Of a stretch of 64,000 nucleotides of DNA, positions 39,713-52,015 are shown in pieces. The notes under the pieces are model-generated. The model was not told where the DNA came from and ran no database searches. It saw only the letters and a list, made by a program, of their open reading frames with translations. Made by a program: the position numbers and the translations under genes. The stretch's first letter is position 1; every line of letters begins with the position of its first letter. Origin of the DNA: Bugula neritina (taxonomy: Eukaryota; Animalia; Bryozoa). The stretch lies in contig OZ037767.1 of the NCBI GenBank assembly GCA_964035545.1, positions 31,884,628-31,948,627 on the forward strand, read 5' to 3'.

Positions 39713-40806
39713 ATGCCCGAGCAAGATGGCCGCATGGACTGGCGGGGTGCACTGCAACTGTCGCTCTTGCTGATGGCCGTCCCAGTTCAATATTGTATTA
39801 TGCAGTATTTTCCAGCCAATCAGGAGCAAAGCCAAGGTGCTTTATTTAAGTGAGTTTATCTGACAGCTAGTCTCTCAGACACAACCTTGTGTGAGTGTGA
39901 GTGAGTGAATACTTTATACTATGTTGTGTTGTGGTGCTTGTAGTCTCATCAATCAAGTTCAGCAGGTAAAGAAGGAGTTGTTTTCACTACCTGCGTGGCA
40001 GAAGTGGTGTATCAGAATAATAAATACTCTAGCAAACACCTACACTACGCATATCTGGGTCTCTGATCGTCCAATCACAGGCGACACTGGGGAATCACCC
40101 GCTGTCGAAGTCATCATCCACCAAGACCCTGAGGGTTACTATGCAAGTATGTTGCTATGGTGACCACTATACTATGCAATACTATACTATGCAATACCAG
40201 ATGTGTAATACAGTATGATACACTGTGATATAGTGTGATACAGTATGATGCAGTGTGATATTGTTGCTTTAGATTCACATATAGTCAGGTCTCCACGACC
40301 TGCTAATGTAAAGTTCAAGGTCGGCCAAGTCATTGTTCACAAGAGGTGGGGCTACAAGGGCGTCATCATAGGCTGGGATCCTGAGGCTAAGGCCTCCCTG
40401 GACTGGCTGGAGAGGAACCACCCTGAAGATAAGAATCATTGGAGGACTCAGCCAAACTACGCAATCCTCGTGGATAGTAGGGACAGGGCAGGGGCCCAGC
40501 TGACTTACATTCCACAGGAAAACATACTCCTAGCATCGTCTGGCAGCACTGTATGTACATAATGTAGTACATAAGTAAGTACATGAGTTATGTGAGTAAT
40601 TGCATGAGTTACAGTGGACACCTGTTACAGTGGACACCTGTTACAGTGGACACCTGTTACAGTCGACACTTGTTACAGTGAGTGTTAGAAGCATGTGCTG
40701 GCTGTTGTAGGTGAGACACCCATTGCTAATGGACTTCTTTGACGAATATGACGGTGTGAGGTATAGAGCCCGACCAGCTCTGAAGGAACTCTACCCTGAT
40801 GACTAG
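39713..40806 (+). CDS. YccV/HspQ-like (hemimethylated DNA-binding-like) domain protein with N-terminal hydrophobic segment
   Basis: Exons 39713-39849, 39944-40146, 40273-40550, 40711-40806. VKFKVGQVIVHKRWGYKGVIIGWD...QPNYAILVD...TYIPQENI...HP..FFDEYDG.RY fits the YccV-like domain also found in FBXO21 and POLDIP2. Confidence 0.85.
40607..40680. repeat. 16-bp minisatellite GTTACAGTGGACACCT
   Basis: 4-5 copies just upstream of the acceptor at 40710. Confidence 0.85.
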
Positions 40807-40812
40807 TCGCTT

Positions 40813-41081
40813 CCTCTCCTACACTCCTACCAACCCCTGTCTCTCCTACACTCCTACCAACCCCTGTCTCTCCTACACTCCTACCAACCCCTGTCTCTCC
40901 TACCAACCCCTGTCTCTCCTACCAACCCCTGTCTCTCCTACACTCCTACCAACCCCTGTCTCTCCTACACTCCTACCAACCCCTGTCTCTCCTACACTCC
41001 TACCAACCCCTGTCTCTCCTACCAACCCCTGTCTCTCCTACACTCCTACCAACCCCTGTCTCTCCTACACTCCTACCAACC
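40813..41081. repeat. 27/18-bp minisatellite CTCTCCTACACTCCTACCAACCCCTGT in the 3' UTR region
   Basis: Starts a few bases after the stop codon at 40806. Confidence 0.9.
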
Positions 41082-41688
41082 TCTGCCTTTATATCAAGTG
41101 ATTCCAGATACCCTATGTGGTTCTGCAGTTAATATTATTTGGTGGTTTATTTGTAAGCTGGCTTACTGTTATAACACAGTAATTATGTTAATATATCTTT
41201 GACTGGTCAAGGTTTTGGAGTTGTCCTCCGTCTTTTAACATGTATGTACAACTAAATGCTCAGTTCGTGTTGGCGAATAAACTCGGAGAAATGCTCCACA
41301 CATTTGCTTTGATCTCTAAGCATTTATTAATTTATATTTTCACATATTTTGCTATTTTTATTGTACTGTTTGGTTAGAAGGTTATATTCTCAATCAACTG
41401 TCATGATATTATAAAGAGTTAAGTGAAATATTATAGAAAGTCAAATGTATAAACCTATTTTTTGATAAAATAAAAATATGAAACTTTTAAAACATACCCT
41501 TGTATATTTTATTATTCAAATATCATGTTGCCATAGTTACCAAATATACACTAGTTTTGTCTAAAAAATACTGTCTATGAGTTACAAGAAGGCTGCACAC
41601 ATCTAACACAATCACAACATGCAGTATTGGCGCAGAGATCTATGTAGTTAATAGAGGTGACAACTCCGAATACATCTATCCTTGAGGT

Positions 41689-44600
41689 CTACTTCAATCT
41701 CTTCAAGGCAGCACAGATCTTGCTCAAATCTCCTTTGATCTCACTGACAGCGAGAGCAATGAGTTGTTCATTGTCAAGGACCTCTACACTCTGTGTGTAC
41801 GGGTTGTACCGCAACTCAAACGGCCTATTTATGTGACTAGCAAAATCTCTAAAGCAGAAGAAATGTGTTTGGGGTCATAATACTTTTTATAACATGTATG
41901 GAATGTTATATAAATAGAATGAAAAAGTTAGGCATAATAATTTCGGCTTGGAGTTGGATTTCTGACATTTTTTGAAAAATATATTTTCTTGTTATTCAAT
42001 CCATAATCAAATTTGTGTTAAGTACCAAATTCTTTAGAAAGCAAATCTGAGATCGTCTCCCATGCTACTCAAAGTTGACACAAATTATATAAAAATGAGA
42101 AAAAACCTAACTAAAAATACAATAAATATAGTAGATAGGCAATAGTAGCAAGAGCAATAGTAGTAGTAGTAAGAGGTTTTTGGTAAATTTGAAAGTTTCC
42201 TCTCAAATAAAGTTAAGTAAGTAACAACGGCACACTGTTTGACTGAGACAACATAATAAATTGACTGAGACAACATATTAGTTTGACTGAGTCAAACAAT
42301 GACAAAGGCTAAAACTTTGAAAATGTTGCTCTAAAAAGTAAGACATTAAGTTCGAAAGATTTTAATAATATGCCTCTGTAGTCACAAGCTGAGGAGAGCG
42401 TGAATTGTTGTAAAAATACACCTACTGAGCCACTTATTTTAATTTGACTCGGTCACATCCTGTCAAAACTAAAAGACTTGACTCAGTCTCAGAATAGTGC
42501 AAAAAATCAGTGAGCTAAAATTCAGGGGTGCCCAACCTTTTCAGATTGAGGGCCACTATTTATATCCAGGTGGTGAGGTTTGAGCTGGCGGCCACGGCAT
42601 TAGTAATTCTCAAAGTAATTTATTCAAAATTCTTATTAATCATTACACAATTAAGCCCAATAGTCACTACTGGATGCTGTATGTAGCGTTTTGCAGCATG
42701 TGTATATAAATAAGGTGGTTTTTCACTCTAATTCATATGGGTGTGAAAAATAATTTTCTATGTTATGCCTTTGAGGGCTACCAAAATGTAGGCGGTGAGG
42801 GGGGCACATCTGACCCTGGGGCTGCCTGTTGGACAGCCCTGGGGTAAACAGATAGATTGCTGTGGTGGGTTCAAGTCTTCTCACCTCATGTGAGGAATAG
42901 AAAAGTTTAATATGACTTTAGAAAGCAGAATAAACTGGATTACTGTGGCTAAATGTTTTACGCAGGGAGGGGGGAGGTATGATACTTCAATTTGCCATGT
43001 CCAGTTAGAAGCTTGACATTTCTACTCATCAACCATTCCTTTGTGTAACCAGTTAGTTAGAAAAGGAAAGGGGGAGAAGAAAGGGGGAGAAGAGAGAGAG
43101 GGAGAGAGTGGGAGAGAGAAAGAGAGAGGGAGGGAGAGGGAGAGGGAGAGGGAGAGGGAGAGGGAGAGGGAGAGGGAGAGGGAGAGGGAGAGGGAGAGGG
43201 AGAGGGAGAGGGAGAGGGAGAGGGAGAGGGAGAGGGAGAGGGAGAGGGAGAGAGAGAGCGCTAGGGAGGGAGGGAGGGAGGGAGGGAGGGAGGGAGGGAG
43301 GGAGGGAGGGAGGGAGGGAGGGAGGGAGGGAGGGAGGGAGGGATAGAGAGGGGAGGATGGGGAAGGGTTAACAGAAGATATAGCAATCACATGGTATATA
43401 CAAGTATATATGATGCTATAGCTACATATTACAGGTGTATATTATATTATAGCTACATATTACAGGTGTATATTATATATTATAGCTACATATTACAGGT
43501 GTATATTATATATACCTCATTTGATTCTTAGCATTCTCAAAGCTACAGGTGTAATAGTAGGACTTCTGATACTCCGTTATCATACACTCCTGTTTACAGG
43601 TGAGCACCGGGTCAAACTTGAGCACCTCAGCTTTGGGGGTCAGTGCATACTACCAACATTAATCATTCACCACCTCAGCTTTACCTGCTATTCTTATTGT
43701 TATGTCCATTAAGTATTTATTCAATTTTATGTCAAAATTAAAACTCAATTTTGCAGAAGCTTTTTGTAGTTAAAACAAGTTTTGTTAATTTTAACTAGCA
43801 TTACAATACAATATAATACAAGATATGTAGGAATTATCTTCCCTAACACACAAAGCATAATTATAATAATAAGATATATAAAAACTAAACACTACCTGAA
43901 GCTCCCCAATCGAAGATAGTAGGCCCGCTCCATACACCTTCATTTTACCATTTTCCTCACACAGTCCAAACTCCACAGTGAAGAAATAGCACTGTAATAT
44001 ATAATATATGTGAAGCTATTATAATACTGTAATATAATATATTATACTATAATATATTATCCGATACAATATGACATATATTAGATTTTATCAAATCACA
44101 ATATAATTATTATAATTGCTGATAATACAATATCTGTTTGATGTTTGATGCACCCCATTAGGAGAGACGAGTGAGAGACAGGTAAGGGACAGGTGAGAGA
44201 CAGGTGAGCTAGGTAAGAGACAGTTGAGAGACAGGTGAGAGACTGGTATTACTAACTGTAGCCAGTTTCTCCACTTCATCTTCAGATGCCCCGAGAGAGG
44301 CCAACCCGATCTCCTGTGAGAATTGTGCAAAAGTTGGCTCAGCTAGTAACGGCATGTGACCTAGCAGCTCGTGACAGCAGTCCCTACAAGCAGTACGTGA
44401 CACTATGTGACACCATGTAACAGCAGGTGTATAGAGGGGTGATACAGAGTATAGTAACATGTGACTTACGGCTCAGGTGTGTACAGAGGGGTACTGTGAT
44501 GGCGAATGTATTGTGTACAGTGAAACACCCTGAAAGCCAGACCAGCCAGAAAATCCCGGGCAGATAAATATCCGGCCACTGGTCGCAAAGTGAAACCAGT

Positions 44601-47600
44601 TCTTTCTACAACAAGGCAGCATGTATATGACTGAATATTATTTCAGTACACAGAAGTAACAGGTAAGCACGCAGGTAATATTTTCATAACTCTATACTTT
44701 ACCTACCAACCATATTTATATATAAGTAATCATATAATCTGAAATAGAATCTAATATATTAATATGTCAATGTGTTTTAAACATACAACACATGCAGTTC
44801 ACACTGCAAATATGGTATCACTCCTTGCCAAACACTCACATAACTTGAATTTAATTGTCTTTTTAAATTTGTTTTAATAATACATCTCTTTGCAGCAATC
44901 AGCCTTTTCAACTGCATAAATAATGTAAAGTTCAACTGGTTTCGGAGTTACTCACCTTTTAGAAAGAGAGACACGTCCTCCAACTGCGGAATATTATCTT
45001 TTCTAAAACAAAGAGCAAACCTCTCTGTCAAACTGTTGACTTTCAAAGTTGTCTTCTCATGTTAATTTAAGCAGGGGAAGTTTTAACATAACATTATTAT
45101 GAAATCTCTATGCCATATACTATTATCAAAGTATATTATTATATTATTGAGGGCGGATGACCAGAGCCATCATTCTTTTTGTGTGCGAAGTAAACATTAT
45201 ATAATATTATGGTCTCCCACTAACTTCATGTGGGGGCAGAAAGTATGATGCAATAAGTAATTATATATCTATGTTATTATATCATGAGGCCCACATAGTA
45301 TTATATTCTAGTAATATATCAGCAGTGTATAATATTCTAGTAATATATCAGCAGTGTATTATATTCTAGTAGTATATCAGCATTGTATTATATTCTAGTA
45401 GTATATCAGCATTGTATTATATTCTAGTAATATATTAGCATTGTATTATATTAAAGTAATATAGCAAATTAGTCTCAAATTGTAATTTAAACTCAGGTTG
45501 GTTAGAAGAAAGACAACTCTAAGGGGAATTTAAAATTGTTATATAAAGTTTATATAAATGTTACTTTAAGTACTGTACAAATATTGGCAGTAGATTGACA
45601 CATCTTATCATTAAGGAGTGTTTAATACAAATACATACTGAGATAAGTATTATCATGTGATATATTGTAGAGGTATATCACATGACTATTTGTGTTATAC
45701 TCGGAGTTGGTTATGTAACAGGTCACGTGTATGTACATTACAGCATATCCTGTAGGTACAATAGTGTGTATGTACATTACAGCATATCCTGTAGGTACAA
45801 TAGTGTGTATGTACATTACAGCATATCCTGTAGGTACAATAGTGTGTATGTACATTACATCATATCCTGTAGGTACAATAGTGTGTATGTACATTACATC
45901 ATATCCTGTAGGTACAATAGTGTGTATGTACATTACAGCATATCCTGTAGGTACAATAGTGTGTATGTACATTACAGCATATCCTGTAGGTACAATAGTG
46001 TGTATGTACATTACAATGCATGCTGTAGGAACACGTAACTTAAACCTGTACCCACAACTATTTACTATCTTCACCTGTACCCCCAACTATTTACTACCCT
46101 CACCTGTACCCACAACTATTTACTACCCTCACCTGTACCCACAACTATTTACTACCCTCACCTGTACCCCCAACTATTTACTACCCTCACCTGTACCCCC
46201 AACTATTTACTACTCTCACTTGTACCCACAACTATTTACTACCCTCACCTGTACCCACAACTATTTACTACCCTCACCTGTACCCACAACTATTTACTAT
46301 CTTCACCTGCACCCCCAACTATTTACTACTCTCACCTGTACCCACAACTATTTACTACCCTCACCTGTACCCCCAACTATTTACTACTCTCACTTGTACC
46401 CACAACTATTTACTACCCTCACCTGTACCCACAACTATTTACTACCCTCACCTGTACCCACAACTATTTACTATCTTCACCTGCACCCCCAACTATTTAC
46501 TACTCTCACCTGTACCCACAACTATTTACTACCCTCACCTGTACCCACAACTATTTACTACCCTCACCTGTACCCACAACTATTTACTATCTTCACCTGC
46601 ACCCCCAACTATTTACTACTCTCACCTGTACCCACAACTATTTACTACCCTCACCTGTACCCACAACGTTTTTCAAGAAGAGGTAGATTTTGCAGAAACT
46701 CTTTGCATGCCACTTTAGGGTACAGCCTGGAAAGCTCCCCGAATATTACTCCCCTAACAAAGAAAGGAATTTATTGGAACTGAAAATATAGAAGTACTGC
46801 TAGTGCCTTATGTGAAGTACATGACTAACACAGTTGCAGCTAACCTAGGCTACTCATTATTTGGCTGGGGAAATGAATATTAAATAACAAAGAGAAGAAA
46901 TTTAACATTTTTGAGATCAATTGGCCTACATTGAGTAATATTTAAACCTTTTATGAATTTAAGTTTCATAAATTTGTTTATATTATATACATCTGGTATA
47001 AAGTTGACGCACTGTATAGCAGAAATTTATGAGTTTATAGACAAGCTAGTATATCTGTTAGATTACCAGGTAGCTACTTCTTCTTCTGTGTATTTTATTC
47101 TTGGAATAGGCTGTCCACTAAAACAGTCCAAAATATCACATTGGCAACTGAGTGACTCTAAAGTTACAGACAAGTAAGGTATGTCCAGTATTTCCAAACA
47201 CTGTGGTGAGTGAGACGAAAGATAAACAACTAACTGTTTATAGTTGAACGCCAACTCAGCGAAATACCGCCGTCTCAGTTTGTATGACTCATCCTGAAAA
47301 CCTGGGTGATCAGTTTGCAGTTCCTGTCCCACCATGAGAACTCGGTTGGATGATCGGTCAAGGTCACTGATCTTTCGAGGAAACCACGGAACTCGATACT
47401 CGCAATCTTCTGTAAAGAGAGTAATACATGAAGCAGCTTTACAGCACACAGCGTCACACTACACAGTGTCACAGCACGCAGTGTCACACTACACAGCGTC
47501 ACACTACACAGTGTTACATGACACAGTGTCACACTACACAGTGTCACAGCTTGCAGTGTCACAGCACACAGTGTCACACTACACAACAGTGTCACATGAC

Positions 47601-49425
47601 CAACAGTACACTTTATACACATACAATATACTTCATGCACACATACACATGTATACATATACTACTATTTTATACACACATATAATATACTTCATATCCA
47701 CATATACATACATATACTACTATTTTATACACATATATAATATTATACTTCATATACATATATAATATACTTCATACGCATATATAATATATTTCCAGCT
47801 AGCTCAATGCGCTTCCTTATAAATCCCATGGGCCATGATACAACTTAACAGGAAATCTTTACTTCAACTTTGATGGCTTAGCTATCATGTGCAGATGTGT
47901 TAGTTTAGTCTTATATGCTATTTATAGTGTAAACCTACGCTTTGCTTCATTAATAGTTTTAACAGTTTAAATTTGCAATTCATTTGATTTTTTTCTAAGA
48001 AATCTTTGTATTTGCAGAAGAGTCTATAATCCTAATTAAACATCAAGTCAAGTGGGTGGTTTACATATATCTCACTTCATTATGAGATCAACACGTACAG
48101 CTTTAGTATAAATATAGAAGAGAGTGTTAGACTGAGATCTTACCATTTATAGTAGCAATAGGCAAGCGGGGGCTATGAGGCTCCTCATCACCTAGCTGAA
48201 AGTTCTCAACTTGATTTTTGAGAGCTGAGACTAGGGTTTCTAGATTTGAGTTTTCCACTTCAATTTCAGAGAAGAACTCGCACATGTGACGACTTCCGTT
48301 AAAGGATCGTCTAGACTCGATGTGGATGACGTTGACGTTATTATCCTGTGCAGACAAATCAGCGTTATATCATATGATAACTTATACAGCTATACTGTAT
48401 ATATCAACATGTGGTAACATAGTCATATATACAGTACAACGTGATGATGCCACACTAGGAACATATGATAATATCTTAGCAATGTTGTTTCACCATGAAA
48501 ATATGACTTTAGCTGAGAACTTAATACCTGGAAAAGTTTGAGGGCTTTAGCGAGGCCCCCAATCTCATCTTTTAGTGTGAATATAATGCATCGTGTGTTT
48601 CCAAAGTGCAGATCTTCTTCACTCATCAACTTTGGCAGCCTTTTTATTCGACTCTAAGATATATGAAATATTATATAAATACTTGCTATAACATATGCTA
48701 TACATGCATATACATCACAACTATATTATATACATTATATATATTATATACACTATATACTAGATATATATGCAACACATAATATACACATGCATTTTAC
48801 ATAAAAGTGCCCCAATTGTTATCCAAATGTTTTGATGACTTAACTTCACCAAATTTTTATGTAAACCGTATGTTTCAAGATCAATAAAATTAATAAATGA
48901 TTTTATATTTAAAATACATGTAGTATAATATAGCATATATAATGTAGTATAAGGGTGTTGTATGCATAAATATTCTAAAATATTGAGCACAAAATGAAAA
49001 TAAAAATAATTTAATATAAATATCATAATTAATAATTATATTATCTAGTAAATCTTTTAATTGATATTTATATTATATAATAAATATCCTGATTATTATT
49101 GATGTTATATATAGTAAATACCCTGAAGAATAATTTTATTCTATAATAAATATTCTAATTATAAATATTTGTGTTATATAATAAATATCTTGGAAAGCAT
49201 GAATAGAAAAATGCTCTCAACTTGCTCTAAATAGACTTTGCTCTAACTCAAAAAGAGTTTTAATTAAGGGCACATAATACACCCCACCTCTAAATTGGCG
49301 AGAGCACAATCTCCGGCATTGATGCTACTCTCGCTTCGAAATGGCCTTGAGCCTCTCGACCTTTGATAGCATTTCACTTTCTCAGAAGCTCTTCCCAGCA
49401 TTTCCTCTAAACAGCCTTTTTCCAT
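41689..49425 (-). CDS. TPH: Tryptophan 5-hydroxylase
   Basis: Exons 49425-49288, 48653-48528, 48345-48144, 47409-47235, 47117-47067, 46753-46655, 45002-44956, 44605-44470, 44383-44257, 43991-43896, 43649-43516, 41848-41689. ACT domain (IHIESRRS), [17 protein letters not shown] and [19 protein letters not shown]-type residues AGYLS and [11 protein letters not shown] (PAH has AGLLS and YWFT). Confidence 0.92.
42523..42841. mobile_element. Degenerate hAT (Charlie-like) MITE relic
   Basis: Imperfect TIRs CAGGGGTGCCCAAC / GTTGGACAGCCCTG; no 8-bp TSD recognisable. Confidence 0.5.
43062..43365. repeat. Polypurine (GGGAGA)n/(GGGA)n tract
   Basis: TPH last intron. Confidence 0.92.
45297..45452. repeat. 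~29-bp minisatellite GTATTATATTCTAGTAATATATCAGCA
   Basis: ~5 copies. Confidence 0.8.
45727..46015. repeat. 39-bp minisatellite
   Basis: ~7 copies of GTGTATGTACATTACAGCATATCCTGTAGGTACAATAGT. Confidence 0.92.
46044..46667. repeat. 29-bp exon-end plus donor minisatellite
   Basis: ~21 copies of ACTATTTACTACCCTCACCTGTACCCACA. Confidence 0.95.
47441..47600. repeat. 15-bp minisatellite CACAGTGTCACACTA
   Basis: TPH intron 3. Confidence 0.85.
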
Positions 49426-51042
49426 GTCTTGTAGGGAAATGAAAGTGAAGTCAATTAAGTAGAGTGGAGAGGCAGTAGAGAAGAGCAATTACTTCGTAGA
49501 TTAATCAAACACTCTCCAATATTTACTTATTTGACTTGTCAACTGATGATAAAGGTGTGTGGATATACACATCACGCCTCAAACTCTACGTTACTTCTAG
49601 TTTCATAATCAATACTCATTTATTTATACATTATCTTAGTTGCTATTTCTGTCAGTATACTTTTAACTAATTTTATAATTATCTTTGCTCTTCTGCTGAG
49701 ATTTCCTCTGACAATTATGGATGTAGTCCAAGTAACTATAACCTGATTCAAGTAAGCATGGTCGTATTAGAGTATGCAGGGCACAGTGTCTCAAGTTATA
49801 TATTGTGAGGTGAAACACATCTAAGTACATTGCAACCTCTCAGATTACCTTTCAGTGTCATTGTTAGCACTTAAGATATAAATACCTATGTGAATGTAAA
49901 ATGTGAAATATAAGTAAGTATGTGAATGTAAAATGTGAAATATAAGTAATTTATATGGTCTAGGATTATTGGATTACTGTAAATTAATAGCTTGGAGTTA
50001 TGACAGCACAGTTTTCAGTAGACAAGAAAAGCTTTGTAATAATCAATTGAACTGAATGCACAGAAAAAATAAACTTTGATTTGAGGAGGGTTGAAAAAAA
50101 CTTCTTTTGCTGAATTTCTAATCTAAAACACAAGCTGTTCTCAATTTCTCCATCAAACTGCACCTACCTTTAGATGTAAGATTTTACCCGTTATAGATGC
50201 AAAATATCTCAAAGCTTAGCAGCCAGGCACTGAGTTTTGACTTGAACAGCAGATCTGATGCTAGACACAGGCTAGCTGAACTCTCACTGTGATAGAGATG
50301 ACGTTGTTAAAACAATGACACTTGTTGCCGTCTCTCAAGCTTTGAGGGGAAATAAAATTGATTATTTGTAAAAGTATGAAAAGATAAGGATAAAAATAAA
50401 CTTAGGCAATACATAGTAGTGAAATTGGGCAGGAGTTTAGGGTTATATAACACTAGCAGCTATTGGCTCACAGACTACAGGGTTACGTAGGTGGTTGTTA
50501 CAGCACGCTGCTAACTTGAGCTGGGATCAGCTGAGATAAGGAAGTTGTGCTACAGATTAAGGTAAACTGTCTGAAGCTGCTTTAAATACAATAAACAATG
50601 AGTGTATGGCTAAGCAGCCCTTCTGTAGACTCACATATTCATACCCAGTTAGTAGTAGCTCAGATAATTGAAGGGACAGAGATAAGGTTCTCTGGGCATT
50701 TAATCATGACAAGACAGTTTATATTTATCATGATAACTCTTTTTCAAGTGATAAATAACAAACGAGGGATAATACATACATAATGTGTATAGAAAGTAAG
50801 GTAGAGGCTTTACATGTGACCAAGCTAGGCATCATGTGATAAACTGTCCTAAAACGTTGCCATGGGTGCATTGAAAATAGACATATCTCCCACAATTGTT
50901 CTGAAAGCATAATAATTGACAGTAGAAATAGATGTAAAGAGAAAACAGTGTAAAAGTTAGAAACTGTCCAAAAGAAGCTAGGTTAGGGGTTTGGGGTTTG
51001 ACTTGACAAAAATATTTAAGAGATTGATAACAATGATGCTAA

Positions 51043-51360
<318 letters not shown>

Positions 51361-52015
51361 CACAAATATAATATTAGCTACAATTCTGTTCATTATATTG
51401 GAGAACTTAGAATTTCCTCAAACTAATAATATTGCTCAATGGCACAACAATGTCAGTATTGCATTTGGTGGAATGTGTGTTTTATGGTTTCATAATAGCA
51501 AGGCACAGGTGTCTCCGGGTGAATCAACCGGTTATGTCAATATCAATTCTTATCTAATTTGTATTTTGCCAAATTATTCTTGAAACTATGGCTGACTTAT
51601 AGTTCAAAAAAAAGAGAAAATGGCTTGTAATGAAGCACTTGTGTGGAGTAATGCAAGAGTAGCAGTTCCGTTATATTTTTCTAACCTACACTCTAAGTTC
51701 TAATACATGCAAGGAAAACAGGAATTTAATTATTGATATGTTTTTTGTAAAGGTTGTATTTTTTTTTCTTGAAATGATAGCAGAATATGAAGAGTATTAT
51801 TGCTTTTCCAAGCAGTTTATTTAACCTTTTTTGTATGAAATCATTATTTACAGATAACATGTCATGACTAGGAACTATGATTATGAATAAACAACAGCTA
51901 TAATAATTATTTAATATAACAACTGAATCATTCAGCTGCATGCAAAAAGTTCTCTCGCCTCAAGGATATTGCTGCCTTTCTCAAGGATATTGCTGCCAGA
52001 GCTTCTGTTGCTGAT

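Noticed and set aside
39713-40806. Bacterial contamination or recent HGT of hspQ
   Set aside because: The gene has spliceosomal introns and sits among metazoan genes
45622-46783. 154-350-aa ORFs within TPH intron 6
   Set aside because: Derived from the 39-bp and 29-bp minisatellites
41689-49425. Phenylalanine or tyrosine hydroxylase assignment
   Set aside because: Diagnostic residues (AGYLS, YFFT, NRVLM.G.EL) match TPH
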